Source: an uncultured Acidobacteriota bacterium
GTDB taxonomy: Bacteria; Acidobacteriota; JAQAZP01
DNA: 64,000 bases
NCBI GenBank assembly: GCA_963836075.1
Contig: CAWIIB010000008.1
Coordinates: 1 to 64,000 of the forward strand
Direction of reading: 5' to 3'
Shown: piece by piece, positions 9,271 through 19,158 of the stretch
Layout of the letters: each line of letters opens with the position of its first letter
How positions within the stretch are numbered: the first letter of the stretch is position 1
Translations under genes and position numbers: made by a program
The notes under the pieces: generated by a model
The model's database searches: none
What the model was told of the DNA's origin: nothing
Seen by the model: only the letters and a program-made list of their open reading frames with translations

Positions 9271-12027
9271 ATGAGCAACCCGAAGTTCGCGAAAACCTCG
9301 ATCCACACTGCCCTCGGAGCAGCGCTCATTCTCCTCTTCATCTGGGCGCTTCCCGTTTCCGAGGCAATGGCAGCCGAGGTGGGAACTATCGAAGGCGTGA
9401 TCATAGACGCCGAGGGGGTCCCGCTTCCCGGTGCAACGGTTACCATCGAATCCGACAACCTCCAGGGCGTGAGGAAGGGTGTGACCGACAGTGCCGGTGC
9501 TTACCGCTTCGTCAAGTGCCCCCCCGGCAGTTACACCATCGAGGCCGAAATGGACGGTTTCCAGACCGTCCTCCAGACCGAGATCAGGGTCCAGATCGGA
9601 ACCGAGACAATCGTCGAGATGGAATTGCCCCCCGCCCTGGTATCCGAAGAAATTACCGTAGTAGCCCAGGCGCCGGTGATCGACGTCACCACGACCCAGG
9701 TGGAGAACTCGTTCGAGTCGGAAGAGATCGAGCGCCTGCCCACCACCCGCCGCTACCAGGACCTGTTGAACTTCGTTCCCGGCGTCCAGGGCCGTATCGA
9801 TACCCAGTGGGGCGGTCCAGGCTCGGGCAACCCGAGCGTACGCGGCGAGGGGCCGGTGGGGAACAACTTCCTCATCGACGGCATCTCGGCCCGCAACCCG
9901 GAGACAAACGGCTACGGCCACAACATCAACTACGATGCCATCGAGGAGATCCAGATCCTCACCGACGGTTTCACCGCCGATTATGGCCGGGCCACCGGTC
10001 TGGTGGCCAACGTGATCACCAAGAGCGGTGGGAACAACCTCGAGGGCAGCCTGATCACCACCATGCTCGTTTCCGGCAAAGGCAGCTCGGAGACCAATGT
10101 CGACGGCTCGGCGGTGGGTGTGATGGAGCAGGAATATTTCAGCCCGGTGTTCAACCTCGGCGGGCCGATCGTGCAGGACAAGTTGTGGTATTTCGGCTCC
10201 CTCGAGTATCTCGACCAGACCTGGTCCGATTCCAGCCAGCAAGCCAACTACGACTACTCGTACGACCGGGAGGACGAGAACATCGCCCCGTTTCTCAAAG
10301 CCACCTGGTCGCTGAACGAGAACCACACGATCAATGCCTCCTGGATCGGCCAGCGTTTCGAACGGACGAACTCGGCCGATTTCGGGACCGACCCCGCCAC
10401 CCAGCAGCACGAAAGCCAGGACATGGACCATCTCGCAGCCACCTATCGCGGCATCCTTACTCCCGACTCCTTCATCGAGGTGAAATTCGGCTCCACTTCG
10501 GTGGACTATTCGGTGGATCCCAACGATCCCCTGGCCCAGGAGTCGGCGAATTACTTTGACCGGACCACCGGCCGGTCCTGGGGCGGCAACTACCAGTATC
10601 TCTACGACACCACCCAGTACGACTACAAGCTGCACTACACCCACTACCTCGATGACGCCTGGGGCGACCACTCATTGAAGGCCGGATTCGAATACCTCGA
10701 AGCCGAAAAGTACGTGGTCTCTCTGCATCCCGCCGACGGCAACTACATCTATGATGAAGGCGTTCCGGAGAACTATTACATATCCGGTCAGGAACCGGGC
10801 GACCCCAACGACAACGACGGCATGGTGGCCTTCCTTCAGGACACCTGGGACGTGGCAGAGAGTGTCACCCTCAATCTCGGTTACCGCTACGAGCAGATGG
10901 CGATGCGGAATGACCTGGATGAGGAGTATTTTGACATCGACTCCCACGCTCCGCGTCTGGGCGCAGTGTGGGACATCACCAAAGACTCGGTGAACGTGGC
11001 CAAGGTCTTCTGGGGTCGCTTTTACGACTTCACCGGCCTGAACATCAGCTGGGTGATGAACTCTGCCTCCACTTCTAACTTTCACAGCTACGACTGGAAC
11101 CCTGACGCGAAGGGCCAGTGGACCGATATCGACGGCACCGTCTGGGACGGCGCCTGGGAGTACAGCAGCAGCCAGGGCGGCGACGGTCCCATTTTCGATG
11201 TGGAAGATTTCGACCCCAACCTCAAGACGCACCACACCGACAAGTTCATCATCAGCTACGAGCGGAAGCTCTCCGATGCCCAGGCACTGGGCCTGCGTTA
11301 CATCAACGGCAAGACCCGTGACCTGATCGAGGACGTGAAGCTCGAGAGTAACCGCAATTTCGTCACCAACCCCGATCTGAAGCGGCGTGACTACGACGGC
11401 GTGGAACTGACCTACCACAAGGCGATGTCGAACAACTTCATGATTTTCGGCTCCTACACCTGGGCCCAGTCCCGGGGCACCAGCCCCGGCCAGTACCAGT
11501 TTGGCAACACCGGTGGAAGTTCAGACACCATCGGCGCGTTCATGGATAATCGCCCATACACCCCGCCGAACCACCCCTGGTACGGCCTGGGTACCATCTA
11601 TGACGACCACGGCTGGTACGGCTACCTTCCCGACGACATTCGCCACCACATCAAGTTGAACGGCCTCTACCGTGCGCCGTGGGATGTGGACGTGGGTCTT
11701 GCCGTGGAGTACAGCTCGGGCCAGGCCTATTCCCGTAAAGGATGGTCCAACAAATACTTTGACTACCTTACTTTCCCCGAGGGTCGCGGCACCTACACCA
11801 TGCCCAGTGTCTACTGGGTGGACCTGCACCTGGAGAAGACATTCCCCTTTGGCGATCGTTACGCGATTGGCGCGTTCATCGACGTACTCAACCTGTTGGG
11901 CGGCGACGAAGTGATCACCGTCTGGCAGTGGGACGACCCCGAATCCTCCACCGGCAACCCCTTTGGTCGGCCGAGATATCGCCAGACTCCGCGCTCGTGG
12001 CGCTTCGGTCTGCGCTTCAGCTTCTAA
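9271..12027 (+). CDS. TonB-dependent receptor with N-terminal carboxypeptidase-regulatory-like domain
   Basis: GAGGAG RBS; signal peptide; GTIEGVIIDAEGVPLPGATVTI; plug motif DAIEEIQILTDGFTADYGRATG; APRLGAVWD; C-terminal PRSWRFGLRFSF. Confidence 0.9.
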   Translation: MSNPKFAKTSIHTALGAALILLFIWALPVSEAMAAEVGTIEGVIIDAEGVPLPGATVTIESDNLQGVRKGVTDSAGAYRFVKCPPGSYTIEAEMDGFQTVLQTEIRVQIGTETIVEMELPPALVSEEITVVAQAPVIDVTTTQVENSFESEEIERLPTTRRYQDLLNFVPGVQGRIDTQWGGPGSGNPSVRGEGPVGNNFLIDGISARNPETNGYGHNINYDAIEEIQILTDGFTADYGRATGLVANVITKSGGNNLEGSLITTMLVSGKGSSETNVDGSAVGVMEQEYFSPVFNLGGPIVQDKLWYFGSLEYLDQTWSDSSQQANYDYSYDREDENIAPFLKATWSLNENHTINASWIGQRFERTNSADFGTDPATQQHESQDMDHLAATYRGILTPDSFIEVKFGSTSVDYSVDPNDPLAQESANYFDRTTGRSWGGNYQYLYDTTQYDYKLHYTHYLDDAWGDHSLKAGFEYLEAEKYVVSLHPADGNYIYDEGVPENYYISGQEPGDPNDNDGMVAFLQDTWDVAESVTLNLGYRYEQMAMRNDLDEEYFDIDSHAPRLGAVWDITKDSVNVAKVFWGRFYDFTGLNISWVMNSASTSNFHSYDWNPDAKGQWTDIDGTVWDGAWEYSSSQGGDGPIFDVEDFDPNLKTHHTDKFIISYERKLSDAQALGLRYINGKTRDLIEDVKLESNRNFVTNPDLKRRDYDGVELTYHKAMSNNFMIFGSYTWAQSRGTSPGQYQFGNTGGSSDTIGAFMDNRPYTPPNHPWYGLGTIYDDHGWYGYLPDDIRHHIKLNGLYRAPWDVDVGLAVEYSSGQAYSRKGWSNKYFDYLTFPEGRGTYTMPSVYWVDLHLEKTFPFGDRYAIGAFIDVLNLLGGDEVITVWQWDDPESSTGNPFGRPRYRQTPRSWRFGLRFSF

Positions 12028-12040
12028 CCTTGAAGCCCTG

Positions 12041-12074
12041 CCCCCGTTTCCCCAGTCCGCCGGGGAAGCGGGGG
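12041..12074. terminator. GC-rich hairpin between convergent genes
   Basis: CCCCCGTTTCCCC / GGGGAAGCGGGGG stem just after the TonB receptor stop. Confidence 0.55.
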
Positions 12075-12136
12075 GCTTGGTCAACCAGCAAGGCCCTCCC
12101 GGTGCAGGGAGCCAACGAGTGCAGAGTCCATATCGA

Positions 12137-14683
12137 TTATTCCGGGGTGCTCTCCGTTTGCTGCGACGAGGTCTCCGTTTCCAGCTCAGGCATTTTCGCC
12201 CGCCACTGGTTGGCCTTCTCCGGCTTGCCCCAGGCGTCGTAGAGCTCCACGAGCGCTTCGATTGTCCATGTCGTGCGGTAGTGCTCAGCACCAAATGTAT
12301 CCTCGAGAATCCCGTTCGCTTCCAACAGTGCGGCCTCGGCTTCGTCGTGCCGCTCCATCTTCGCCAGGCACAGGCCCTGCTCATGGAGGAAATCGCCCAT
12401 GTGGTAGTGTCCTTGCGGCAGCAATTCCCTCGCCCTGGCAATGGCTGAAGTGAACAGCGGTTCGGCATCGTCGTAGCGGCTCTGGTCCCGGTAGAGGCCG
12501 GCCAGGTTGACCATGGAGGTCAGGGTGTCCGGGTGATCCTCGCCCACCACGCGGCGGCGGAGTTCGAGCGCCCGCACAAACAGCTGTTCAGCCTCTTCAT
12601 ATCGGTCCTGCCTGTGGTACAGTATGGCCAGGATGTTCATGTAGTGCCGCGTGTAATGATGTTCCTCGCCCAGTTGGCGGTGACAGAGATCATAAGTCCG
12701 CACGAGCAGCGGCTCGGCCTCATCGTATCGGCCCTGCTCGAGGTAGAGCCAGCCCAGGTTGTTCATGGTGATCAGCGTCAGCGGGTACTCATCGCCCAGC
12801 ACACGCTGTTTGAGCTCGAGCGTCTGCATTAACAGCGGCTCGACCTCCTCAAACCGGCCTTGCTCGAGATAGAGCCAGCACAGGTTGTTCATGAAATTCA
12901 GTGTGAACGGATGCTCCTCGCCCAGCACACGACGGCCCAGTTCCAGAGACCGGCGGAGCAGCGGCTCGGCTTCAGCAAACCGGCCCTGATTGATGTAAAC
13001 CAGGCCCAGACTGTTCATGGTGTCCATGGTGTCAATGTGCTCCTCGCCGAGTACGCGGAGACTGAGCTCGAGCGTTCGCGCGTTCAGCGACTCGGCTTCG
13101 TCCCACCGACCCTGGAGCCAATAGAGCCAGCAGAGAGAGAACATTGAATACAGCGTGTCAGGGTGCTCCTCACCAAATCTCTGCTTTCTGATGGCCAGAG
13201 CGGTTTCGAGGTGTGCTTCAGCGGTCGGATACTGACCCAGCGCCCGGTACATGTTGCCGATCGTCGTCCGGAGGGTGGCCTCCACCTGCGGCTGGCCGGG
13301 AAACGCCTCTTCGACCTTTACTTCGGCCCTGTCCAGCATCTCGATGACGGTCACCTCACCGCCCTGGCCAAAAAAGGGATCCACCCCGCTCAATGTCTCG
13401 GTCAGGAATTCTGTTACCGCTTCGGCTTCCGCCCGGCGCACCTCGGATTCGGCCCGGGCCCGCTCGGCCCGGATATACATTCCGCTGCTCACCACCAGAC
13501 CCAACGCCAGCACGACGAAGATGGCCGTCAGTGCTCCGAACAGCGCCTTATGGCGCCGGGCAAAGATCCGCAGCTGGTAGACGATGCTCGGCGGCCGGCC
13601 GACGATCGCCTCGCCGGCCAGGTAGCGGCGGATGTCCTGGGCCAGCTCCACCGCCGACTGGTAGCGGCGCTCACGCTCCTTCTCCAGGGCCTTGAGAGCA
13701 ATGGTCTCCACATCACCTTTGAGCTTTTTGCTGATCGTGCTCGGCCGTGTCGGCTGCTCCTCACGGATCACCCGGGTCACCTCGTGAAAGGCCTTCTTTC
13801 TCACGTCATAGGGCAGCCGGCCGCAGAGCAGCTCATACTGCACCACCCCCAGGGCGTAGACGTCGCTTCGAGTGTCGATGTCGTGGGGATCGGCCTGGCA
13901 CTGCTCCGGCGACATGTACTGCAGCGTACCGATCAACTGGCCCACGTCGGTCTGCAGGGTGGTCAGGGCCATGTCCGAGTCGGTGGAGCGGGCCACGCCG
14001 AAGTCGATGACCTTCACCTGTCCCTGGGGGCCGACCAGGATGTTGCCGGGTTTCAGATCACGGTGAATGATCCCCTTCTGGTGGCCGTGGTGCACCGCGT
14101 CGCATACCTGGGCCAGGAGCTGCATGCGCTCCCTGGTGCCAAGCTTTTTCTTCTCGGCATACTCGGTGACCGGCAGGGCATTGGGGACATACTCCATGGC
14201 GAAGTAGGGTATGGGTCCGCTGCCGTCGTCGTGGGTGCCGGCCTCGTAGACCTGAGCGATGCCGGGGTGCTGCAGCCGGGCCAGGAGCTGGGATTCGTAT
14301 TCGAAACGTCTGAGGGCACTGCTGGAGGCGATGCCGGACTTCATCACCTTCAGTGCTACGGTGCGCCTCGGCTTCTCCTGCAGCGCCTCGTAGACCACGC
14401 CCATGCCGCCGGCGGCGATAACCCGCTTGATGGTGTAGTGGCCGATCTTTTTGGGGATTGGGGGTGCTTCGGCCTCGGGCTCGGCCGCTGTGTTCGTCAC
14501 CTTGCCGGCCCTTTGCAGGATATCCGAAGACGGGGCGCCATCAGCCAGGACCGCCTCGGCCTCGCGTCGCAGTTTGGGATCGTCCCCGCACGCCTCGTCC
14601 AGGTAAGCCTTTCGCTCCTCCAGCGGGAGGTCGGCCGCCCGGAGAACGATCTCCTTCAGTTGAGCGAAGCTCTCCGGTTTCAC
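12137..14683 (-). CDS. Membrane Ser/Thr protein kinase with TPR ectodomain (kinase 2, intact)
   Basis: Complete Hanks motifs, one TM segment, ~8 LGEEHP-type repeats. GTG start sits in a GTGA overlap with an ECF remnant. Confidence 0.92.
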   Translation of the reverse strand: MKPESFAQLKEIVLRAADLPLEERKAYLDEACGDDPKLRREAEAVLADGAPSSDILQRAGKVTNTAAEPEAEAPPIPKKIGHYTIKRVIAAGGMGVVYEALQEKPRRTVALKVMKSGIASSSALRRFEYESQLLARLQHPGIAQVYEAGTHDDGSGPIPYFAMEYVPNALPVTEYAEKKKLGTRERMQLLAQVCDAVHHGHQKGIIHRDLKPGNILVGPQGQVKVIDFGVARSTDSDMALTTLQTDVGQLIGTLQYMSPEQCQADPHDIDTRSDVYALGVVQYELLCGRLPYDVRKKAFHEVTRVIREEQPTRPSTISKKLKGDVETIALKALEKERERRYQSAVELAQDIRRYLAGEAIVGRPPSIVYQLRIFARRHKALFGALTAIFVVLALGLVVSSGMYIRAERARAESEVRRAEAEAVTEFLTETLSGVDPFFGQGGEVTVIEMLDRAEVKVEEAFPGQPQVEATLRTTIGNMYRALGQYPTAEAHLETALAIRKQRFGEEHPDTLYSMFSLCWLYWLQGRWDEAESLNARTLELSLRVLGEEHIDTMDTMNSLGLVYINQGRFAEAEPLLRRSLELGRRVLGEEHPFTLNFMNNLCWLYLEQGRFEEVEPLLMQTLELKQRVLGDEYPLTLITMNNLGWLYLEQGRYDEAEPLLVRTYDLCHRQLGEEHHYTRHYMNILAILYHRQDRYEEAEQLFVRALELRRRVVGEDHPDTLTSMVNLAGLYRDQSRYDDAEPLFTSAIARARELLPQGHYHMGDFLHEQGLCLAKMERHDEAEAALLEANGILEDTFGAEHYRTTWTIEALVELYDAWGKPEKANQWRAKMPELETETSSQQTESTPE

Positions 14684-14715
14684 GGGGCAGGCCCTCCCGA
14701 CAGCTCATAGCGCAA
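14680..14715 (-). pseudogene. Last codons of a deleted ECF sigma gene
   Basis: Reads LRYELSGGPAP* (cf. LRRELSGGPAP* at 24326) and abuts sequence homologous to the region upstream of the ECF at ~6730. Confidence 0.8.
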
Positions 14716-14931
14716 ATGAGTCATCATGAATCTGGATTTCACAGTAGCCATCGATGTCAACTGTATCCTGCTCTGCCGGCAACACTTTTCACTATTATCC
14801 ATACTTTTGTCCAATACTCAACGTGTTTCGGCCTCCCCCGGGCTCTGACGGCGAGCAATCGACTGCCTGCAAACCATCCGCTGCAGCAGATTTCACATTC
14901 ATTGGACACGTGTTTTCATTTGTACTCTCGC

Positions 14932-14970
14932 TGCAGGTTTACCTTGGATCTTGCGCTTATATAAGTGGAG
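14932..14970 (+). promoter_or_regulatory. Conserved 39-bp element, candidate ECF promoter (copy B)
   Basis: TGCAGGTTT...GCGCTTATATAAGTGGAG. Confidence 0.55.
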
Positions 14971-15049
14971 AAGCACAAAACGTGCAGTGCCGGCCCCGCG
15001 GAAGAACTGGTGCTCCACCACTCACAACCCATTGATAAGGAGGCAGGTC

Positions 15050-17473
15050 ATGAAACGCGTACTGGTTTTTTTACTCATCATGGTCTTTCCGGTTTTTGGT
15101 ATGGCGGCCACAATCCAAGTCCCCGGTGACCAGCCGACCATTCAGCAGGGCATCAATACGGCAGCGGACGGGGACACGGTGCTCGTGGCGCCGGGCACCT
15201 ATGTCGAGAACATCAATTACCTTGGCAAGGCGATCACGGTGGTCAGCGAGCTGGGGCCGGAAGTGACGATTATCGATGGTGGCAGTCCGTCCGATCCCGA
15301 CGTTGCCAGCGTCGTGACTTTTGAATCCGAAGAAGGGCCGGACTCGATCCTGGAAGGGTTCACCGTGACCAACGGCACCGGCAACAATTTCCCGGGCCAG
15401 GGTTTTAACGGAGGAGGCATTTTTACACATCATTCCTCCCCGACCATAACCGGGAACATCATCACCGGTAACTTGTTGCTCTATGACTACAGCCATGGTG
15501 GGGGAATCTTCGCTAATAATGCATCCCCCACGATTACCGGCAACACGATCAGCGGGAACACCGCCGCGGTGGGAGGGGGAATCGAACACCAGATGAACTG
15601 TTTCTCGATCATCGCCGATAACACGATCACTGAAAATACGGGCACGTATTTTGGCGGCGGGATAGCGCTCTACATCAATTGTGACCCGGTGATCTCGAAC
15701 AACACCATTTCCGATAATGTGTGTAACAGCCCGACAGGTTACGGAGGCGGTGGAATCCAGATGGATGCACAATGCTCCCCGACGATCACCGGCAACACGA
15801 TCAGCGGGAATTCGACCTCCTTTGCCGGTGGTGGGATAGACATCCAGGACGACTGTCACCCGGTGATTACGAATAATGTCATCACCAATAATTCAGCTGT
15901 GAAATGGGGCGGTGGAATATATTGTTTCGCAGGTTTCGAAATTCAACCTCCAACAATAAACAACAATATCTTCAGCGGGAACTCGGCGGACATAGGAGGT
16001 GCGCTCAGCCTCAACCGCTGTAATTCAATGACTCTCAGCAATAACACTTTTACTGAGAATACGTCAATTTCCTGGGCCGCAGGTATCGAATGCTGGTGGT
16101 CCTCACTGGAGATGATCAACACAATCTTCTGGACTAACACTGCTCCCATAGGACCTGAAATCTGGATCGGCGGCGAGACCGGTCTACCTTCGACCCTGTC
16201 CATCAGCTATTCCGATGTGGAAGGCGGAGAGCCGGCAGTGTACGTGCAAGAGGGCTGCACCCTCAACTGGGGCGCAGGGATGATCGATGCGGATCCGCTG
16301 TTCGTGACAGGGCCGTATGAGGGTGAGCACTTTCTCAGCCAAACGGTCTGCGGCGACCCGGCAGACAGCCCCTGTGTGGATACCGGCGATCCAACAAGCA
16401 ACGTTCCGTGGGGAACGACTCGAAAAGACTGCTGCTGCGATTTGGGAACAGTGGACATGGGATACCACTACCCGGGATTGGAACGCCTGGTGGTTGGACC
16501 TGGGCCAGGTTACGACAATTCGCCTCTCGTTCGGGTACTTTATCCACTGCAGGACGCGGGATACGAACATGAGTTCAGCGCTTACGGTCCCACTCACTAC
16601 GGGGTCAATGTGACCTGCGGGGACGTAGACGGGGACGAAATCGATGAGATCATCACCGGTGCGGGCCCGGGGGACATTTACGGACCTCATGTTCGGGGCT
16701 TTGAGGTGGTCGATACGCCCCTGCCCGGATTGAGTTTCCTGGCTTACGGCACCAACAAATACGGTGTAAACGTGGCGGCGGGTGATCTGGACGGCGACGG
16801 GATGGATGAGATCATCACCGGCGCCGGCCCGGGCGCAGTGTTCGGTCCCCACGTGCGGGCCTTCGACTATGACGGCACGCCTGGAGTCACACCTGTTCCC
16901 GGGGTGAGCTACTTCGCTTACGGCACGCCCAAGTGGGGCGTGAATGTGTCCTGCGGCGACATCGACGGGGACGGATACGACGAGATTGTCACCGGTGCCG
17001 GCCCAGGCGCGGTATACGGCCCCCATGTGCGGGGCTGGAACGTGGATGGTGGGACAGCGACAGCCATGCCCGGATGCAGCTTTTTCGCTTATGGCACTCT
17101 GAAATATGGTGTGAACATCAGCTGTGGCGACGTGGACGGCGACGACATCGACGAGATCATCACTGCTCCGGGTCCGGGTGCGGTGTTTGGCACCCACGTC
17201 AGGGGCTTTGAGATGAACGGCACGCCAATGCCTGGGCTGAGCTTCTTCGCCTGGTCGCCAGACGACATCCGTTACGGCGCCACAGTCTTCGCCGGAGCCG
17301 ACCTGGACGGAGACGGCTGGAACGAAATAGTGGTGGGTCAGGGCCCCGATCCTGATGCGAGCGGCGAGGTGAAGATTTTCCAATACGACGGGTCACAGGT
17401 GACCGAGTGGTTCTGGCTGGAAGCTTTCCCGGGCATGACCCACGGAGCCAACGTAGCGGCGGGGCAGTTCTGA
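15050..17473 (+). CDS. Secreted parallel beta-helix repeat protein (copy 3) with C-terminal FG-GAP-like repeat module
   Basis: AAGGAGG RBS; signal peptide; beta-helix coils; then repeated YGVNVxCGDxDGDxxDEIITGAGPGAVxGPHVRG units, ending HGANVAAGQF. Confidence 0.88.
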   Translation: MKRVLVFLLIMVFPVFGMAATIQVPGDQPTIQQGINTAADGDTVLVAPGTYVENINYLGKAITVVSELGPEVTIIDGGSPSDPDVASVVTFESEEGPDSILEGFTVTNGTGNNFPGQGFNGGGIFTHHSSPTITGNIITGNLLLYDYSHGGGIFANNASPTITGNTISGNTAAVGGGIEHQMNCFSIIADNTITENTGTYFGGGIALYINCDPVISNNTISDNVCNSPTGYGGGGIQMDAQCSPTITGNTISGNSTSFAGGGIDIQDDCHPVITNNVITNNSAVKWGGGIYCFAGFEIQPPTINNNIFSGNSADIGGALSLNRCNSMTLSNNTFTENTSISWAAGIECWWSSLEMINTIFWTNTAPIGPEIWIGGETGLPSTLSISYSDVEGGEPAVYVQEGCTLNWGAGMIDADPLFVTGPYEGEHFLSQTVCGDPADSPCVDTGDPTSNVPWGTTRKDCCCDLGTVDMGYHYPGLERLVVGPGPGYDNSPLVRVLYPLQDAGYEHEFSAYGPTHYGVNVTCGDVDGDEIDEIITGAGPGDIYGPHVRGFEVVDTPLPGLSFLAYGTNKYGVNVAAGDLDGDGMDEIITGAGPGAVFGPHVRAFDYDGTPGVTPVPGVSYFAYGTPKWGVNVSCGDIDGDGYDEIVTGAGPGAVYGPHVRGWNVDGGTATAMPGCSFFAYGTLKYGVNISCGDVDGDDIDEIITAPGPGAVFGTHVRGFEMNGTPMPGLSFFAWSPDDIRYGATVFAGADLDGDGWNEIVVGQGPDPDASGEVKIFQYDGSQVTEWFWLEAFPGMTHGANVAAGQF

Positions 17474-17546
17474 AGTCTTTCTGGCCTGGCACCTGATGGT
17501 TCAAACGTTGCCCCGCTTCTCAGTGGGAGTGGGGCAATGTAACGGT

Positions 17547-18449
17547 TCAGGTCCATGGGCCCGGTGCGGTCCAGCTTCCGGGGCTTGATCTGACGGAGGA
17601 AAGAGCTGCGACAACTGGCGAGAGAAATCCATCCACCGTTGCCATGACTTCCCGAAATGCTGCGGGAGCGTTTTCCTGTTGAATCCTGTTCCGGAACACC
17701 GCCCACTGGGTCTGTTTGGCTTCGATGAATGATTCCGTGAATGCTTCAGTTTCTGTAGCTAGGACCGTGTCCCGCCGTTCGAAGGTCAGGCGAATGGCTT
17801 CGGCCAATATGGCTCCCTCAAAATCAAACTGCCGGGATAACAGCCAGATGTCATGGAAATCCTTCATCCGGCTGTTCAGGATACCCAACCTGACCATTGC
17901 TTCGAATTTTTCCGAAATCAAACTCTCCCGGCTGTAGCAGAGCAGTCGTGGTGCCGGGGAATTCAGCAGGGTGGGAAGCTCCAATTCTTCAGGATGAGGA
18001 TACACGACATCGCCGAAGCCGATGTCAATCTGCATTTTGATTCTCGCGGAGTCCAGTTTCCCCAGGAAGCGAACCCTGAGCCCTTGGTAACGTGCGTCTT
18101 CGGTGATCCGCTCGGTTTGAATGGAGTCTGGAGCGAAAGCAAGTCCGTCCGGTTCAAGGTCCACGGTCAAGATGTCCCGGATCTGGGCGATGATTTTCGC
18201 TTCCGCGTTGCTGGTTGTTCCCAGCATGTCGATGTCCATGGTCGGACGCAGTACCGGCGAATGCCAGACTCTCAGCAGCAACGCACCTTTTAGAATAAAA
18301 CTGCCGGCATGGGCGGATTTGGAGAGCCGGTAGAGGAACCGCTCCATGGCGAAATATTGAAGCAACTCGTTGAATGGACGTCGGTCGCTCCTGGCTCGGT
18401 TGAGGAGATGTTGCCGGACGGATGCGGGGATGTTTGTGGGAGACTTCAT
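17547..18449 (-). CDS. AbiEii-family nucleotidyltransferase toxin (second, distinct subfamily)
   Basis: FILKGALLL, RPTMDIDM, EKFEAM and NSRMKDFHDIW motifs; ATGA overlap with partner. Confidence 0.9.
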   Translation of the reverse strand: MKSPTNIPASVRQHLLNRARSDRRPFNELLQYFAMERFLYRLSKSAHAGSFILKGALLLRVWHSPVLRPTMDIDMLGTTSNAEAKIIAQIRDILTVDLEPDGLAFAPDSIQTERITEDARYQGLRVRFLGKLDSARIKMQIDIGFGDVVYPHPEELELPTLLNSPAPRLLCYSRESLISEKFEAMVRLGILNSRMKDFHDIWLLSRQFDFEGAILAEAIRLTFERRDTVLATETEAFTESFIEAKQTQWAVFRNRIQQENAPAAFREVMATVDGFLSPVVAALSSVRSSPGSWTAPGPWT

Positions 18450-19075
18450 ACCGTTGCCTCGAGGTAAGGTCGCATCACCTTCTCAACTCGGCAGAGCCTG
18501 GCATATTTGATAAGTTCGCCGAAGTTTCTTTTCTTTCGTGTCCTGTAGAGAGCCAGTGCTTCGAGCACGACGTCCATACCGATCTTGTTGCGAAATTTGA
18601 AACAATCGGCCAGGGTTTTCTCGGGGCAGTAGATTTTGACAGGAACGTCATCGATCCGATGTTCCTCGATGCCGGATTCATATGCATCTTTGGCGAACCG
18701 GTGAGCTTGTACAGGCGGATAGTCAAGAGACGGTACTCGTGAATTTCTTGGTACCGCCACAGAAACTTCATGTGGAATCTGGGTCGTGATGTCATGGTAT
18801 GCCAGGGCGGAAACAAGACAGATGACGGCATGCGGGAAGCGAAGACTCACCGTCACCAGATCAGGATCGCTGATTGGAGGCAGTTCCACCAGCCGGTAAA
18901 TACCTCTGCTCACTTGCTCAATGATGCCTCTGTCCCTGAGCGTGTAGAGCATATAGCGCGTGATGCCGAGTTTGATGGCCTCACTCATTCGAAGCCGGCC
19001 GCCATATTTTCTGAAAATTTCTTCTGGTCGCTTCTTAATTTTGACTTCAGACATATCGACACCATTTGTTTTCAA
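18446..19075 (-). CDS. AbiEi-family antitoxin (start may be ATG at 19054)
   Basis: EQVSRGIYRL wHTH, CLVSALAYHDITTQIP, PEKTLADCFKFRNKIG. Confidence 0.88.
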   Translation of the reverse strand: MKTNGVDMSEVKIKKRPEEIFRKYGGRLRMSEAIKLGITRYMLYTLRDRGIIEQVSRGIYRLVELPPISDPDLVTVSLRFPHAVICLVSALAYHDITTQIPHEVSVAVPRNSRVPSLDYPPVQAHRFAKDAYESGIEEHRIDDVPVKIYCPEKTLADCFKFRNKIGMDVVLEALALYRTRKKRNFGELIKYARLCRVEKVMRPYLEATV

Positions 19076-19094
19076 GTGGCAACAATATGTCTGA
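19047..19094. promoter_or_regulatory. 10-bp inverted repeat, candidate AbiEi operator
   Basis: TCAGACATAT (19047-56) and ATATGTCTGA (19085-94) overlap the ATG at 19054 and a TTGATT-N17-CATATT promoter candidate. Confidence 0.45.
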
Positions 19095-19158
19095 TTCCGG
19101 ATAGAAAATCAAGAGGAATCTACAAATGGGGACGATGCTGCCGAGTTTTATGGAAAGG

